Of a DNA stretch of 64,000 nucleotides, positions 1 through 14,995 are shown in pieces. The stretch is from Octopus vulgaris (Eukaryota), in NCBI GenBank assembly GCA_951406725.2, contig OX597831.1:10416001-10480000 (forward strand), given 5' to 3'. Within the stretch, counting starts at the first letter, position 1; the number at the start of each line of letters is the position of its first letter. The notes below the pieces were generated by a model, which saw only the letters and a program-made list of their open reading frames with translations, made no database searches and was not told where the DNA came from. Position numbers and translations under genes: made by a program.

Positions 1-869
1 GCAAAATTATCCGAATTGTTGATAGGAATCTTTTAAACCTGAATTGACATGTTATTAAGTGAAAAATTGTTAGAGTCATAACATTAAAATCTATCCGTAA
101 TTTTACTGAAATGTATTTGGCTTGTGGTTTACCGATGCAAACACAGATAAACCATTCTATATATTTAAGCAACAATAACAGCAACAGCAACAACGACACT
201 AAGATGATAAATAGGGATGCACGCATCTTATATGACACAAATATGCACACTCATTAAACTAATAAGATATTGCATATTATGTTATGCATATAGGTATACA
301 TACATACTTATTAATTCATTCACATGCTGACAACAATAAATGGCTTATATACACTAATACGCACATGGAGTTGTGCATTAATTTTAAAGTTTGTTCCCTA
401 GCATGACTAAATTGTAAAGCAATTATTTAGTATACTAGAATGATGTATCAACTTGAATTTCCCACTTGTATTTATCAAACGTTCTTTTCAATTGGTAGAC
501 TGTATTTTAATACTTAACTTTGTATTGCTCTGAAGAGAAGATAATGGCGGACGTTATGTAGTGTTCCATGTTGTTTTAAAGTTTTCGGTATTTATTAACT
601 TGCTGACGTTCCTGAATAAACCTGCGCCATTATAATATGAATAACTTCCATATTATTTGCAGGAAACCCAATGCTTCAGACGCTTGCTTTCATACATCTA
701 ATAAGTAATACATATCTCATCAGTCTAATGGATTCATATTTATTAAACTTTGGTCTTGTCATCGATTTTGGATAGTTTGTCGACTAGAGCTTCGTTTTAA
801 TGTCAGAAGGGTTGCTCGATTTTCCGCTATAGGTATAAGAACCATTTAGAAAAATAGAACGAGATCTTC

Positions 870-1020
870 TGGCAGTGTGGTAAATAGCTTCCTGATCAAC
901 AACATGGTTCTGGTTTCAATCCCACTGCGTGGAATCTTGGGCGAGTGTCTTCTATTATAGACTCGGGCGGACCAAATCCTTGTGAGTGGATTTGGTTGAC
1001 GGAAACTGGAAGAAGACCGT

Positions 1021-1057
<37 letters not shown>

Positions 1058-1286
1058 GTGTGTGTGAGTGTGTTTGTGTTTGTGTGTGTGTGTGTGCCCC
1101 AACCACCTCTTGGCAACCGATGTTGGTGTGCTTATGTCCCCGTAACCTAACAGTTCGGCAAAGACACCGATAGAATAAGTACTTGATTTACAACAAATAA
1201 GTCCTGGGATCGATTCGTTCGACTTTTCAAGGCGGCGCTCCACTATGGCCTCGTCAAATAGCTGAAACAAATAAAAGTATAAAAGA
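870..1286 (+). mobile_element. tRNA-derived SINE, family A (CORE-like), with internal (CA/TA/TG)n tract
   Basis: Head tggcagtgtggtaa...ggtttcaatcccactgc, CORE-like cttgggcgagtgtctt, body gtgagtggatttggttgacggaaactg, tail ggcggcgctccactatggcc...ctgaaacaa. Matches the copy at 45349-45742. Confidence 0.85.
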
Positions 1287-1456
1287 ATGAAGAACGAAAG
1301 AAATTGAAAGCACAAACTGAATTTTATATAAACAGAGTCTATTGTGATGTGCGCGTTATATTTGAGGTAAAGTAGCTAAACTATAAGCGAGTATAAAGGG
1401 TAACCATCACAAGAAAGTTTATACAGTTCTATATTTAAGAGATGAGAAATTATGTA

Positions 1457-1674
1457 CATTATTTACATTATTTACATTTGACGGATATTTGTCCTCATCG
1501 TGTCTGTTGTTAATGCAACGTATATGTTGATATACCCTCCAGCCTTCATCGGGTGTCTGGTGATATTTCAAACTTCCTAAGGTTGTTTTCGATGTTATAT
1601 CAGCCGAAACGTTGTGTTAACAACAAAAAAAGATGAGGACAAATATCCGACAAATGTAAATAATGTAAATAATG
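1457..1674. mobile_element. Fold-back element with split hammerhead motif (Penelope-like pLTR relic)
   Basis: Arms 1457-1534 and 1596-1674 are inverted copies. The minus strand reads gacac CCGATGA a ggctg, and the plus arm reads cagcc GAAAC GTT gtgtt. Confidence 0.7.
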
Positions 1675-2244
1675 AAGAAAGTTTATGCAAGTCAGTAATA
1701 TTCAAACGCCGATGGCAATTATGTTTGATAACACCGTGTTAAGATCTAAACAAAACAGGGTTATTTTATTAAGTGTACCGTCCATAAATTTCACAAGTCA
1801 CCTAAAATTTGGTTCCAGAACAACACGGCTCCTCCAAATTTCAAGCTCACAACATATAATAATATTAATACAATGTAATTAACTTCAACAGGTTCTGCCT
1901 TGTTCAAAATTATTCAGAAATAAATCCACGAAAATTGCACTGTTACACCAGAGCATGCAAGCATAACCTAGACATGTTTCTCCAAGAAATATCAACAGAG
2001 AACACCGACACACGAACGCATCTCAATAAACACTAAATCCCTGCATGAGTGCGTTGTGATGTCTTAAAGCGCCATTTAAAAGGCTATTCCAGGTGGTGCT
2101 ACTCAGTCATGACATGAACCAATAAGGGTCAAACCAATATATGTTACGTAAGTTATAATATAAGGCTTTCAATTATAGTCAAATATTGTGTTGTGGAAAA
2201 CCGTTGCTAATGATTTTTATCAACGTTAAGTAAATAAAGTGATG

Positions 2245-2450
2245 TGCTGGCAGAATCATTAGCACACTGGGCGACATGCTTAGCGGCATTTAATCCGTCT
2301 TTCTGTTCTAAGTTCAAATCCTGGCGGAGTCCACTTTTCCTTTCCTCCATTCGGGGTCGATAAAATAAGTATCACTTGGATTCTGGGAATGATTTAATCG
2401 ATATATCCACACCCTGCTGCTGCTGGACTTGTTCCTAAATTTGAAGCCAA
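2245..2450 (+). mobile_element. SINE family B, degenerate
   Basis: gctggcagaatcattagcac...gttcaaatcc...ttcggggtcgataaaataagtatc matches the copy at 5139. Confidence 0.75.
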
Positions 2451-3707
2451 TATGTTACAGGGAATATCAATGCATTTAAGGTACCATTTGTATAATGCTT
2501 CAACATGCAGTCACATTTTCTCAAAGCGGAATTAGAAAATATTGTCTTCTCTATCATTAATAATGTTAACTTTGAGACACTTTTACTGTTTGGTTTCAAA
2601 ATATTTCAATGTGAATTATTCAACAACATTAAACAGATACTTCTAATATTCTAACAACAATATCGACATTACCAGACTATAGTCGGCCTGCAGCGCCTCA
2701 TCAGGTAAGTGCCAACTGGCAGTACGCACATTATTATGAGGAAGCAATTAGCCTGCAGTTATAGCAAAATTATTATAATTTCATCAAAAATAATTGCAAG
2801 ATTATTTGAATCATTATAAGTTAAGACATATAGAGTCTGTAATATTCTGTCACAGAATTTGTCTCAGAGCATGTTATGCACTTTATTTGGTTCATTGTAT
2901 CCAACAAATTACTTCCAAATGCGACAAATATAGCTAATGAGGTTTTCATGATTCTTAAAACAACTTAAACAACAGCCACCAGTTAACAAAAAAAATTGAT
3001 ATTTTTAATTACACTCTGCTCATTTTAAAATATATTTCAGTCCACTTCGTAAACAAATTTATCCACAAAACCTGACAGCAAAGCAAGACAGCATTTCATG
3101 GTATTTTTCTAATATTAGCACAACTTATGAAGCTAATATTGTAATAAATCCGTCTTCTCTTTAGTTTCAACGATGAAATTATTTTTCTTTATTAAATAAT
3201 GTAAATAGGTTTCAGGAAAGAATAATTCATGATTCCAATCAAAAATGCGGTCACCAGCAAAATTAAGATTACTCTCACTAGAACTCTATATGAATCGGCC
3301 ATTTCATCACTTCACTCATCCGGAAAGATAGGGGCGTGTATTTTAATTAGAATCGGTAATTTATTTGCATGCGATTTCAAATCTAGCAATTTAATTTTTG
3401 GCACAGTGAAAAGGAAAATGTTGATCCAGCAGCAAACAAAAGACGGAATTAACGAAGGGAGATTTTGGAATTAAATAAAACTTATGAAAAATTCAGAGAA
3501 TTAAAAGAAATAACAAAGAATGTTCCGCAGGAAATGTTGATAGCATTGTGGAAGTTTCTTACGTAAATCATTCGAAATATGTTGATAATCTAAGCGGCGG
3601 CCTCCTGAATATGATTAGCATATATGTAACACTGTTATCTGCTCAACGAAATTCAGGCTTCGTTTTCTTTCTATTGCAAGTCGTTTTCTTTTCTCTTCCA
3701 CTCGTTT

Positions 3708-3882
3708 TCATCATCATCATCATAATCATCATCACCACCACCACCACCATCACCATTATCATCATCAGCAGCAGCATCGTCATCATCGTCGTTGTCAACA
3801 TCATCATCAACATCATCACCACCACCACACCATTATCATCCTCATCACCACCACCACCACCACATTATCATGATCATCATCA

Positions 3883-3915
<33 letters not shown>

Positions 3916-4333
3916 TCATCATCATCATCGGCATCCTCATCATCATCATCATCGTCGTCGTGATCATCGTCCTCGTCACCAATTTCCTTCTTCCATCTCA
4001 AACTCAATTTAGCTCGGAAACTGTCACTAAACAAACATTGCGACTGCTATCGTGTCCTTCGTATGCTTCATCTGTGTCGATGACATCATCTTCATCGTCG
4101 CTACCATCCTAATCATTATCATCGTCGTCATCAGCATCATCATCATCATCATCATCATCATAATTATCACCATCAACTACTACCACCAGCGTTAACGCCA
4201 TCATCAATTTAACGATCAACAGTTCGATACACTATCTTTTCTATAGGTGTTGTCCTCCTACTTCTCATCATTATCATCATCATCTTCACCATCACAATCG
4301 TCCCCAACACCTCTATCATCATCATCATCATCA
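3708..4333. repeat. Compound trinucleotide microsatellite (CAT/CAC/CGT)n
   Basis: Long runs of cat, cac and cgt seen directly. Confidence 0.95.
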
Positions 4334-4379
4334 TATAAGGGGATAAAAGAAGAATTTTGTACATTTCAAGAATTTCATT

Positions 4380-5981
4380 TAATCGCCATCAAATGCAATC
4401 ACATTTTCACAAAATTATACCTCTTGGGCACACGTATATTTCTCCCAGGGGTTCTACCTCCGCTGGCAACACCTTAGAAATACCTTCTCTGAAATGACCT
4501 TGAGTTTGGTCGTCGCTTTACTCACTCTTTCCTCCAGAAGTCGGGAGAGTAGTGAGCATGTCGAAGAAGTGACGTGATTTTTTTTTACCAGTAAAGATTG
4601 GATCATATGGGCAGAATGAACGGGTGTATTGTCAAGGTGAAGTTAGCAATTCTTCACCGCGTACATCTCCGGTCGCTTTCTACTCGGAGCATCACAAAGG
4701 CGATGTATATCACTCAGGGAGTAGGCTTTATTGATTGTTTGGTCTTGTGGAGTCAAAGAAGCAGCTCAAAATTACCTGCACGGAGATGTAAACCTGCCGC
4801 GCTTCTGTTTGGGTCTTGGTTATGACGATTGCTTCTATAGGAAAAACTAGTTATTTGTTTCCGAGTCATAACCATGAACCCATATCTCACCATATGATAT
4901 GCCTGTCTTCATAAAGTCGGCGTCGTGGTTTCCACAGTCCAGCATGTCCTCCACCATTACCATTGCCATGCAGAGTTGCTTTTGCTGCTCCGTCAGCAAC
5001 TTGGGGACGAATTTCGTCCACACTCTCCCCTTTAACAATTCTTCCGCTAAAATGGAATACACTGATTCTGTGCTTATTTCGACTCCGTTAGCAATTTCCT
5101 AGGTTGATTGTCACAGGATGGTATTCTGCGACTGTGTAAGGCGGTTAGCTGGCAGAAACGTTAGCATGCCGGGCGAAATGCCTAGCGGTATTTCGTCCGC
5201 CGTTACGTTCAAGATTCGCCGAGGTCGACTTTGCCTTTCATCCTTTCGGGGTCGATAAATTAAGTATCAGTTGCGCACTGGGTTCTATATAATCAACTTA
5301 ATCCGTTTGTCTGTCCTTGTTTGTCCTCTCTGTGTTTATCCCCTTGTGGGTAGTAAAGAAATAGGTATTTCGTCTGCTGTTACGTTCTGAGTTCAAATTC
5401 CGCCGAGGTCGACTTTGCCTTTCATCTTTCGGGGTCCATAAATTAAGTACCAGTTACGCACTGGGGTCGATATAATCGACTTAATCCGTTTGTCCCTCCT
5501 TGTTTGTCCCCTCTGTGTTTAGCCCTTTGTGGGTATTAAAGAAAGAAATATTCTGCGACTATTCGCCGAACTTTCTCAATCGCCCGCTCGTGTGGGCTCG
5601 TGGGTGGCTGGGATAAGCGTAACTTGCTCTCTAGTGAGAGGCGGTTGTACCACTATTTGGGCTGAGTTTTACCCATGTCATCATCGCCAAAGCATGCGGA
5701 GTTTTCTGGATAGTTGGAGCTTGTGTAGCACCAAGCCCTTGAGAATTAGTATTGCAATATCTCTGCTCGTTGCATTCGGACGAAACGAAAATCCAACGAG
5801 CGCGCTCTTCACATCTGTACTCTAAGCATAAGGACAGGGAATCAGCGCGTCCTACTGGCAGAAAACTTTTCCTCATGCACAGGAAGGGTGACTTCACCTC
5901 CCATCCAAAGTATTTCATTCAAGTGGATTTAGATTTGTTGGGAAATAATAAATTCGGGTATTTTTTGAACGCACCTCATTA
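4380..5981 (-). mobile_element. Decayed mariner transposon (transposase pseudogene) interrupted by a SINE
   Basis: Minus-strand peptides FVPKLLTEQQK, GEIWVHGYDSET, LHLDNTPVHSAH and HYSPDF match mariner WVPxxL, TGDETW, HDNAPAH and YSPDL motifs. N-terminal EQRYC...LG at ~5750. TIR-like end tgaggtgcgttcaaaaaatacccg at ~5956-5979. Left boundary is approximate. Confidence 0.85.
5139..5549 (+). mobile_element. SINE family B, dimeric form, inserted in the mariner
   Basis: Head ggcggttagctggcagaaacgttagc, with the body repeated from 5364. 12-bp direct repeat tattctgcgact at 5122-5133 and 5549-5560 (TSD). Confidence 0.9.
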
Positions 5982-8261
5982 AATAATAGCTAATATATTT
6001 TAATTGTCTTATTTCTGCTTTTTACCCTTTTTTTTTGTTTCTGCATTTTAATTAATTCTACTATTTTACTAATTTCGAATGTTGTTGATCTAGTCTTTCC
6101 GCTAATTTTCTATCGCTCAGGCAAGCCTTGATTGAAGATACCAATAACGAAAGCAATCCATATGCGGGTAGCCACTATCATCTATTAGACACACACACCA
6201 TTCAATGGGTTCCCAAATTATTTGGTTACCTCCTTCCAGCAAATAAGTGTCAATGCAGAAAATCTGCACCATTCTGGTGACCAGAAAACCATTTATGGGG
6301 CATTTATATATCTCCCATAATAATTCAGGGACTCTTATATATGTCCCAAAATACTTATGAGACACTTATATATGTCCCATATTGTAGTTCTCGGCTGTTC
6401 CTTCAAAAATGTGTATTCAATGGGTTTAATACTATGGACTTCTAGCACTATACATACAGATACTTAGTAGACACACTCACACGCACACAAGCACACAAAC
6501 AAACAGACACACACACATACACACACATATACACATACACACACACAAACACCCACATGCCACGCACCCATACACGTAAACACAGACCTTACACAGAAAC
6601 ACTGATACACATATATAGAAAAATATATGAAAGTTATGGACATTTCTATTTATATCTGGTTATATACGTATATGTGAAAATCTGTTTTTGGGTGGGGGAT
6701 ACGTACGGGGGTGAAGTAAATGTATGTGTTAGTGCACTAGTTTGTACGTGCGCACGTGTGTGTTTCGTAGAAAATGAATACAAGAAAAGGTCTTCTGCCC
6801 ACGAGTTGCATTTTTATTTTTCTACGTATTTTCTTACGTAAAAATCTACAAAGATCTGAAACGACTGGGTCATAGTAACAATGTAAGGGAAGGTTTTAAT
6901 GTTATGTTTCATCCTTGGAGTTGATTATCAAACAAAATCTAACTTGAAAGAGAAACTATGTTACCTTGTTTGAAGAGATATATTTGGGAGTACGGTGAGC
7001 CTATTCTTCCTCCACATATTGTAGTTTCAGTGTACCACTTCAAATATAACTTATTACTTTACGACGTAGTCAGTCAGAATTGAGAAACTATTATCGGTTG
7101 CATACAGGAAATCTATTTTACAGAAGATATTGCCTTCAATTTAATAATCGTATTTTGAAAATTAAAAAGGAAAGAAATATGCATATTATATTTTAAATTT
7201 TGTTTTTATCCTTTATTAATTTCTGTGGTAAACGTTACGCAAATGCAGAATGGATTTAGAAATGTTTGTGCACGTGTACGTTAGAAAATGTTTATTTTTT
7301 ACCTCTGTTTCTGACTTTACATCTTCTGGTATAGAATTGCGAAAATTATCTGGAAGAAATATCTTGAAAAAAAATCCATTAAATCTATTAAAGGAAGAGC
7401 AACATTTTACTGCCGAGTTCTTTCCTTTCTTGGATTAAAATATATAAAACAACATTTGCGAAGATAAGAAATTCGTAAGTTCAGAAATTACTGAATGCAA
7501 TAAAATAGACAGAAAAGGGTAGAATACGGAAAATATCTATTGATTTTAATTAGGAAACAAAGCTCTTTTATCAAAACGAATATATTAGCAATCCCTATTT
7601 ACATTCAAATCTAAATGGTATATCAGTTTTTTAAGTTATGTTCCATAAAATGAAGCAATAACTACAACTAAACTGAATTTCGCAGATACGTGTTTCAATG
7701 ATATCTAAAGAAAATTAGGATAAATATATTATTGATTAAGCTATTACGACGAAAATATAGAGAAAAATATCTTTAAACTATGATACATTATGTAAGATAG
7801 AATGCATTCAAATTTTCTCTACCTTGTATCAGAAAGTATGAAGCACACATACGTGCGTTGCGTAGATAAGGTGTTACATTTAGATATTCATAAACGAATT
7901 ACAAAGCATACAGCTGTTTATGCTTATGAAGTGACATCTTAACGTGAGAAGTCCATAGGATAGCACCACCGCGAGGAGGGAACGTTTATATGAAAAACAA
8001 AACCCCTTTGGTCATAGATACATATTATACAATTAAGTTAGCGGTCAGAAATAAAATACAGACACACAAGTGTGACGAAGAATGAATCGAATTAGGAAGT
8101 GTGACCGAAATAAGTAATATATTGTACAGTTGGAGAATTAAAAGAAACTTATAAGATATAGTCTTATATAGTTCTCTATTTAGAGATGGTAAAATAGCAT
8201 CACCTTCAATGGAGATTTACACCTTCATGATGAAGGATAGAAAGCAATCAAATATTACTAA

Positions 8262-8406
8262 GAGTGGCTGTGGGGTAAGTAGCTTGTTCCGGTTTCAGGC
8301 CCACTGCGTGGCACCTTAGGCAATGTCGTCTACGATTTTCTCGAGCGACCAATGCCTTGTGAGTGGATTTGATAGATGGAAACTGAAAGAAACCAGTCGT
8401 ATGTGA

Positions 8407-8448
<42 letters not shown>

Positions 8449-8570
8449 GTGTGTGTGTGTGTGTGCGTGTGTATGTTTGTGCTTCTTGCAGGGAATAAGT
8501 CCTGGGGTCCATTTATTCGACTAAAGGCGGTGCCCCAGCATGGCATGACTGAAACAAGATAAAGAATAAA
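8262..8570 (+). mobile_element. SINE family A (internally deleted)
   Basis: gagtggctgtggggtaagtagcttg...gtgagtggatttg...ggcggtgccccagcatggc. Confidence 0.85.
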
Positions 8571-9099
8571 ATATCATGAAAAAATATACATTAGTGTAAC
8601 CTGGAAGATTGGCAGACATTTACTAGGCCTTGTCTAATACATAAAAAAAATCCCCAAAACTGAAGAACGCAGAATATGCATATCCTATATAACATTCGTA
8701 ATGAATAATGAACCTTTTTTTAAATTAAACTGGAGGCAATCGAGAACGAGATGCTGTTGCAACTAAAGACGTAAAATGTTGCCTGCAGCGAATTATTAGT
8801 GTTTATTATGAAACATTAGAATCTACTCCGCAGTGAATGCAAATAAAAGTTTATATTTATGAAGAATTGAACGCAACGAATGCAATGAATATTTAAATGT
8901 GCGAGAATTTGGAGTTAAAATAATTCAATGAAATTCAGAAAATCGAAATTATAGGCAACTTCTCAGAACATGAATTTATAAAAATATTTCCAGCCGGTCA
9001 AGCTTTTAATATTCTTTTCTGTTATTACTTTTAGTAATTGTTACAGAATAAGCAGCGCTCTCTCTCTCCTCTCTCTTTTTCCCTCTCTATCTCTCTCTG

Positions 9100-9209
<110 letters not shown>

Positions 9210-9255
9210 CATACATACGTATATATACAAGCATGCGTACGTGTGTGTATGTGTT

Positions 9256-9624
9256 TTTTTTCAGTCATTAGATTACGGCTGTTCCGGGACATCACCTTTA
9301 ACAACTTTGGTAGAAGGAACCGACCTCAAATCGTCTTTCTTGAAGCGTCATACTTACTCTAGTAGTCTCGAATTTATGGAGAGGTAAAATACCAGCACCG
9401 GATTACAAACGTTTGTCGCAGACAAACACAGATACGAAGACATATACAGATCCATCACCCCCACACACACCACGAGTTTCTTTCATTTTCTGTGAACCAA
9501 ATTCACTCACAAGCCTTTCCCGAGCCCGAGGCTATAATAGAAGACAATTCACCAAGCGTCCACGCATTGAGACTGAACCGGGAACCATATATTTGAGAAG
9601 CAAACTCCTTACCACATAGCCATG
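9256..9624 (-). mobile_element. SINE family A, degenerate
   Basis: Reverse complement of the family A head (ctgaaccgggaaccat...ttaccacatagcca) and body (actcacaag...cgaggctataatagaagac). Confidence 0.75.
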
Positions 9625-10426
9625 TTTGTGTTAATATGTACAGAAATGTGCTACATCATGTGTGATCCACTTTAACTCCGCCTCTTTAATTGTAAATTAA
9701 GTATACTTCGTAAAGATAAAACATGCTTTTAGTTTTGCGATTATTCTTGCATTGCTGGAATATCTTTTAAAGTTTTTCTTTGTTTCACACCGAATTATAA
9801 TGTCTTATAATACATCAGGTTTACTTTTAATAATCTTAAATCTTTACAAACAATTATTTCTAATTGTAGCTAAAAGTTTAATTAATGATATTAATTAAAA
9901 GATTCCACTTAGTGATATTGCATTTCAATATCTTTATCTTGAAATTAATTAATTAAGAGTTCATATGTAATATGTGATCCCTTCCATTTTTGCATTTTTT
10001 CTGCATCGCTTCCTTCGCAATTCCATATTTCATCTACATAGTATAACAAAATGTTTCGGGAGTTCTTAACTCACATGAGCATGTACACGAGACGCCAAGA
10101 GTTCTAGAATGCAATAAGCTACTCTGCTTCAGTTGTCTCTCTGTAATACACATTCACTCTGCTTCCCTGACTTTGGTAAGACACAAACAAATCAATGCGG
10201 GCTTACGGATAGTAATTAGTGCGGCTTATTATATGCTGATATCTACCTGTGCTTATGCAGATTATCAGAGACCTGTCAATAGGTGTTGATCTCATCTCTA
10301 AGGCGATTCCCTCACTGGACTGCGACCATGCTTGGGTAGCATCATCATGGGTTTAGTCGGAGAAATCGACCTCAATAGATAATTCTAAATCTGCTACCTA
10401 TTCTATACTCACACGTACAAAGTCTC

Positions 10427-10471
<45 letters not shown>

Positions 10472-11518
10472 CACACATATACATATATGTATGCCATGCA
10501 GTGTTACTGAACCTAAAACCTCGCAAGTAGAAATACAGATTCTTAACCACTCAAATGTGACGGAGCCTTATGTATGTCTATCAATTTCCGTTACTCCAGA
10601 AGAAGCGTCGTCAACTTATCATGAAAGCCGGATTATTTTGAGAATCCGTGTGTGCGTATTTATTTATGAAAAACGGAAAACAAAGAAAGAAGAGTATAAA
10701 TGAACAGATGTATACACAAATTTATTTAGTTTATAGTATCCATTGAGTATTATAATGTGGGCGCTATTTACAATGTGTTTCGATTCAGAATTCAGCCAAT
10801 GCCATTGAGCCAGTACTTCTCTAGTACCATATATTATCACCCCGCGGAAATGAAAGACGAAACTGGCATCAGCAGTATTTGAACTGCAAACTTAAAGAAC
10901 CGAATCCAATGTCGCACAGTTCAATGCTTTAATGTGTGTAGTATATAACAATATGTAAAATTTGAAAAAAAATGTTATTTTCAATACTTGAATATTTCAA
11001 TGTCAAATATCTTTATTGTTTTAACCTCAAATATATGAGATATGTCAATATATTGTATTTATTGTCGAATCAATCGATCTGCACGAAATACCAGAGGGGC
11101 CTTTATCAAATCACGGTTTAGGACTACATTATGTGAAACTAGAAACTTAATACTGAAATGATATTCTAGACTTCCTTCTAGAATTTATTCGTTCCTTAAA
11201 AATCGGTAATAAAAGTAACAGCGAGGATGCAACATGAGCAAACTTCATTTCAAGGAGGCAGTCGTAATGAATAAACTGCATACTGCATAAAACAACAGAC
11301 AAGAACTATGCAAATAAGAGGTACCGCTGTAAAACTACAGTTTGGTCATCAAACTATTCTCTGCGACATTTTCTGAGTAAGAGAAACGGCTTTCTACGCC
11401 ATACTTCTAGAGGTGAGGAGGGAAACTGGTCTTAAGAGCAAAATGACAAAGAAGTACATGTGTTGCATCATCTTTTATTTCGCTTGGCATTGCCTCGACT
11501 TTAAAATGCTTTAGCTAA

Positions 11519-11574
<56 letters not shown>

Positions 11575-11637
11575 CGGAGTATGCACATGAATGTGAAACA
11601 AAGTGGATAAAAAAATTAAATGCCAGAGGTTGAGTAA

Positions 11638-11784
11638 TATGCTTTATTAAAAGCAGCAGAAATATCACAAAGAGCTGTTGCTCAGAGTTTCACATTCCCG
11701 TTCGTCTGACGAAGGGAACGTGAAACTCTGAGTAACAGCTTTTGTGATATTCCTGTGATATTTTACTGCTCTTAATAAAGTATA
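11638..11784. ncRNA. Fold-back with minimal hammerhead ribozyme motif
   Basis: Inverted arms around gttcgtctgacgaa. Plus strand: CTGACGA (11706-11712) ... GAAAC (11722-11726) tctga GTA (11732-11734). The two arms together give stem II acg-ggaa-cgt. Confidence 0.7.
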
Positions 11785-11797
11785 TATATATATATAT

Positions 11798-12210
<413 letters not shown>

Positions 12211-13612
12211 CACCTTCCTTGAAGAGAATGACTTGCTGCCCGACACCCAACATGGTTTCCGACCAGGGAGAAGCTGTTTAACTCAGCTCCTACAACACTA
12301 TGACTGGGTGCTGAAACGGCTGCTCAACCACTCAAATGTGGAAGTGATATATCTCGACTTTGCAAAGGCCTTTGATAAAGTCGATCATGGAATGATATGT
12401 CACAAACTGCGTGATCTCAACATAGTTGGAAAACTGGGAGAATGGCTTCATGACTTTCTGAAGGATAGAAGTCAGGTGGTAGTAGCCAATGGGGCCACCT
12501 CCATTAACACACAAATAGTGAGCGGTGTTCCGCAGGGCACTGTTCTGGGACCACTACTGTTCATAATGGCCCTCTCAGACATTCCCTCAGCCACGCAGAG
12601 AGCCACGATCACAAGTTATGCAGATGATACAAAAGTTTCACAGGCAATACAGAACCCTGAGGACACTAAACACCTGCAATGTGAGCTGGACGAAATATAC
12701 AAGTGGGCTGAAAAGAATAGCATGCAGTTCAATGCTGGAAAGTTTCAAGCTTTATACTATCAGCATGCAAAACTGAATGCAATACCCAATGAATACACTG
12801 GACCCGGAGGGATTGCAATCCCAGAGGCACAATCAGTGCGTGACCTGGGTATTCACATGAGTGATGACGCGACCTTTCATGTACATGTTGCTAAACTGAC
12901 AATGAAATGTAGACGGCTGGCTGGATGGATTCTTAGAACCTTTAGAACAAGAGAACAAGAAACCATGATGGTCCTCTGGAAGACACTTGTCCTAAGCCAC
13001 TTTGACTATTGCTCTCAGCTATGGTCACCATCCAGTGTCAAGTTGATCACAGAACTTGAGGCGATCCAACGAAGCTACACAAAGAAGATAGCCTCTATGC
13101 AGAATGTAAGCTACTGGGAAAGACTCAAGAGATTAAAATTATATTCCCTGGAGCGTAGGCGGGAAAGATATGCCATAATATACATCTGGAAGATCCTGGA
13201 GGGAAGTGTCCTGAACTTTGGCATCGAGAGTTACGCAAATGCCAGAACTGGGCCACTGCGTGGTGCCTAGGACTCCAAACCTGCCATCAAGATGTAGGAC
13301 AAGATACTGTGATAGCCTGGGCTTCCGAGGCCCACAGCTCTTCAATATCCTCCCGAAGAACCTGAGAGACCTGCATGGGGTGGATACAGATGTCTTTAAA
13401 ATGAAGCTGGATCTCTTCCTGTCAGGTGTCCCAGATGAACCAACTTCACGGCAGGAGGGGCAGATGAGGGCAGCTGCATCGAACTCTCTCATGCACCAAA
13501 TAGCAGTTGCTAGAAAGCCTCCATGAAGTGAAACCAAGTAGCAACACCAAATGGCGGTGCCCCAGCATGGCCACAGCTCATAAGCTGAAACTAGAATCAA
13601 TCAATCAATCAA
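12211..13612 (+). mobile_element. 5'-truncated CR1-group LINE (reverse transcriptase and C-terminus, 3' UTR, (AATC)n tail)
   Basis: [66 protein letters not shown]. One frameshift near 13250 into the frame encoding FNILP...FKMKLDLFL, stop at 13526. Tail (aatc)n at 13595-13612. Flanked by (TA)n on both sides. Confidence 0.93.
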
Positions 13613-14678
<1,066 letters not shown>

Positions 14679-14734
14679 AATGTCTGACTGCTATTTCGGC
14701 ATGTTGGTGTCTTTTAGACACCCTCATTTTTAAT

Positions 14735-14777
<43 letters not shown>

Positions 14778-14924
14778 GTATGTATATATATATATGACGA
14801 AGGTAGAAATAGCAGAGAAGTACATATAAGACAGTTCAAATTATGAGTGAATTCAATAGAAATTATTTAAAAAAATTATATAAAGAAGATATTACCAGTT
14901 TCCATGTATCTCATCTTAAATACA

Positions 14925-14974
<50 letters not shown>

Positions 14975-14995
14975 TGCATAAGCACACGGGGAGTT

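Noticed and set aside
530-690. CTGAAGA gaag...cttc with inner ataatggcg/cgccattat hairpin
   Set aside because: GAAAC and the cleavage triplet are not preserved. Too degenerate to call a hammerhead.
3548-4112. Poly-His/Arg/Asp/Ile ORFs
   Set aside because: Trinucleotide microsatellite that is open in several frames, with no domain signal.
6113-6420. Coding-like minus-strand stretch, possibly a LINE C-terminal relic
   Set aside because: No convincing motif in any frame.
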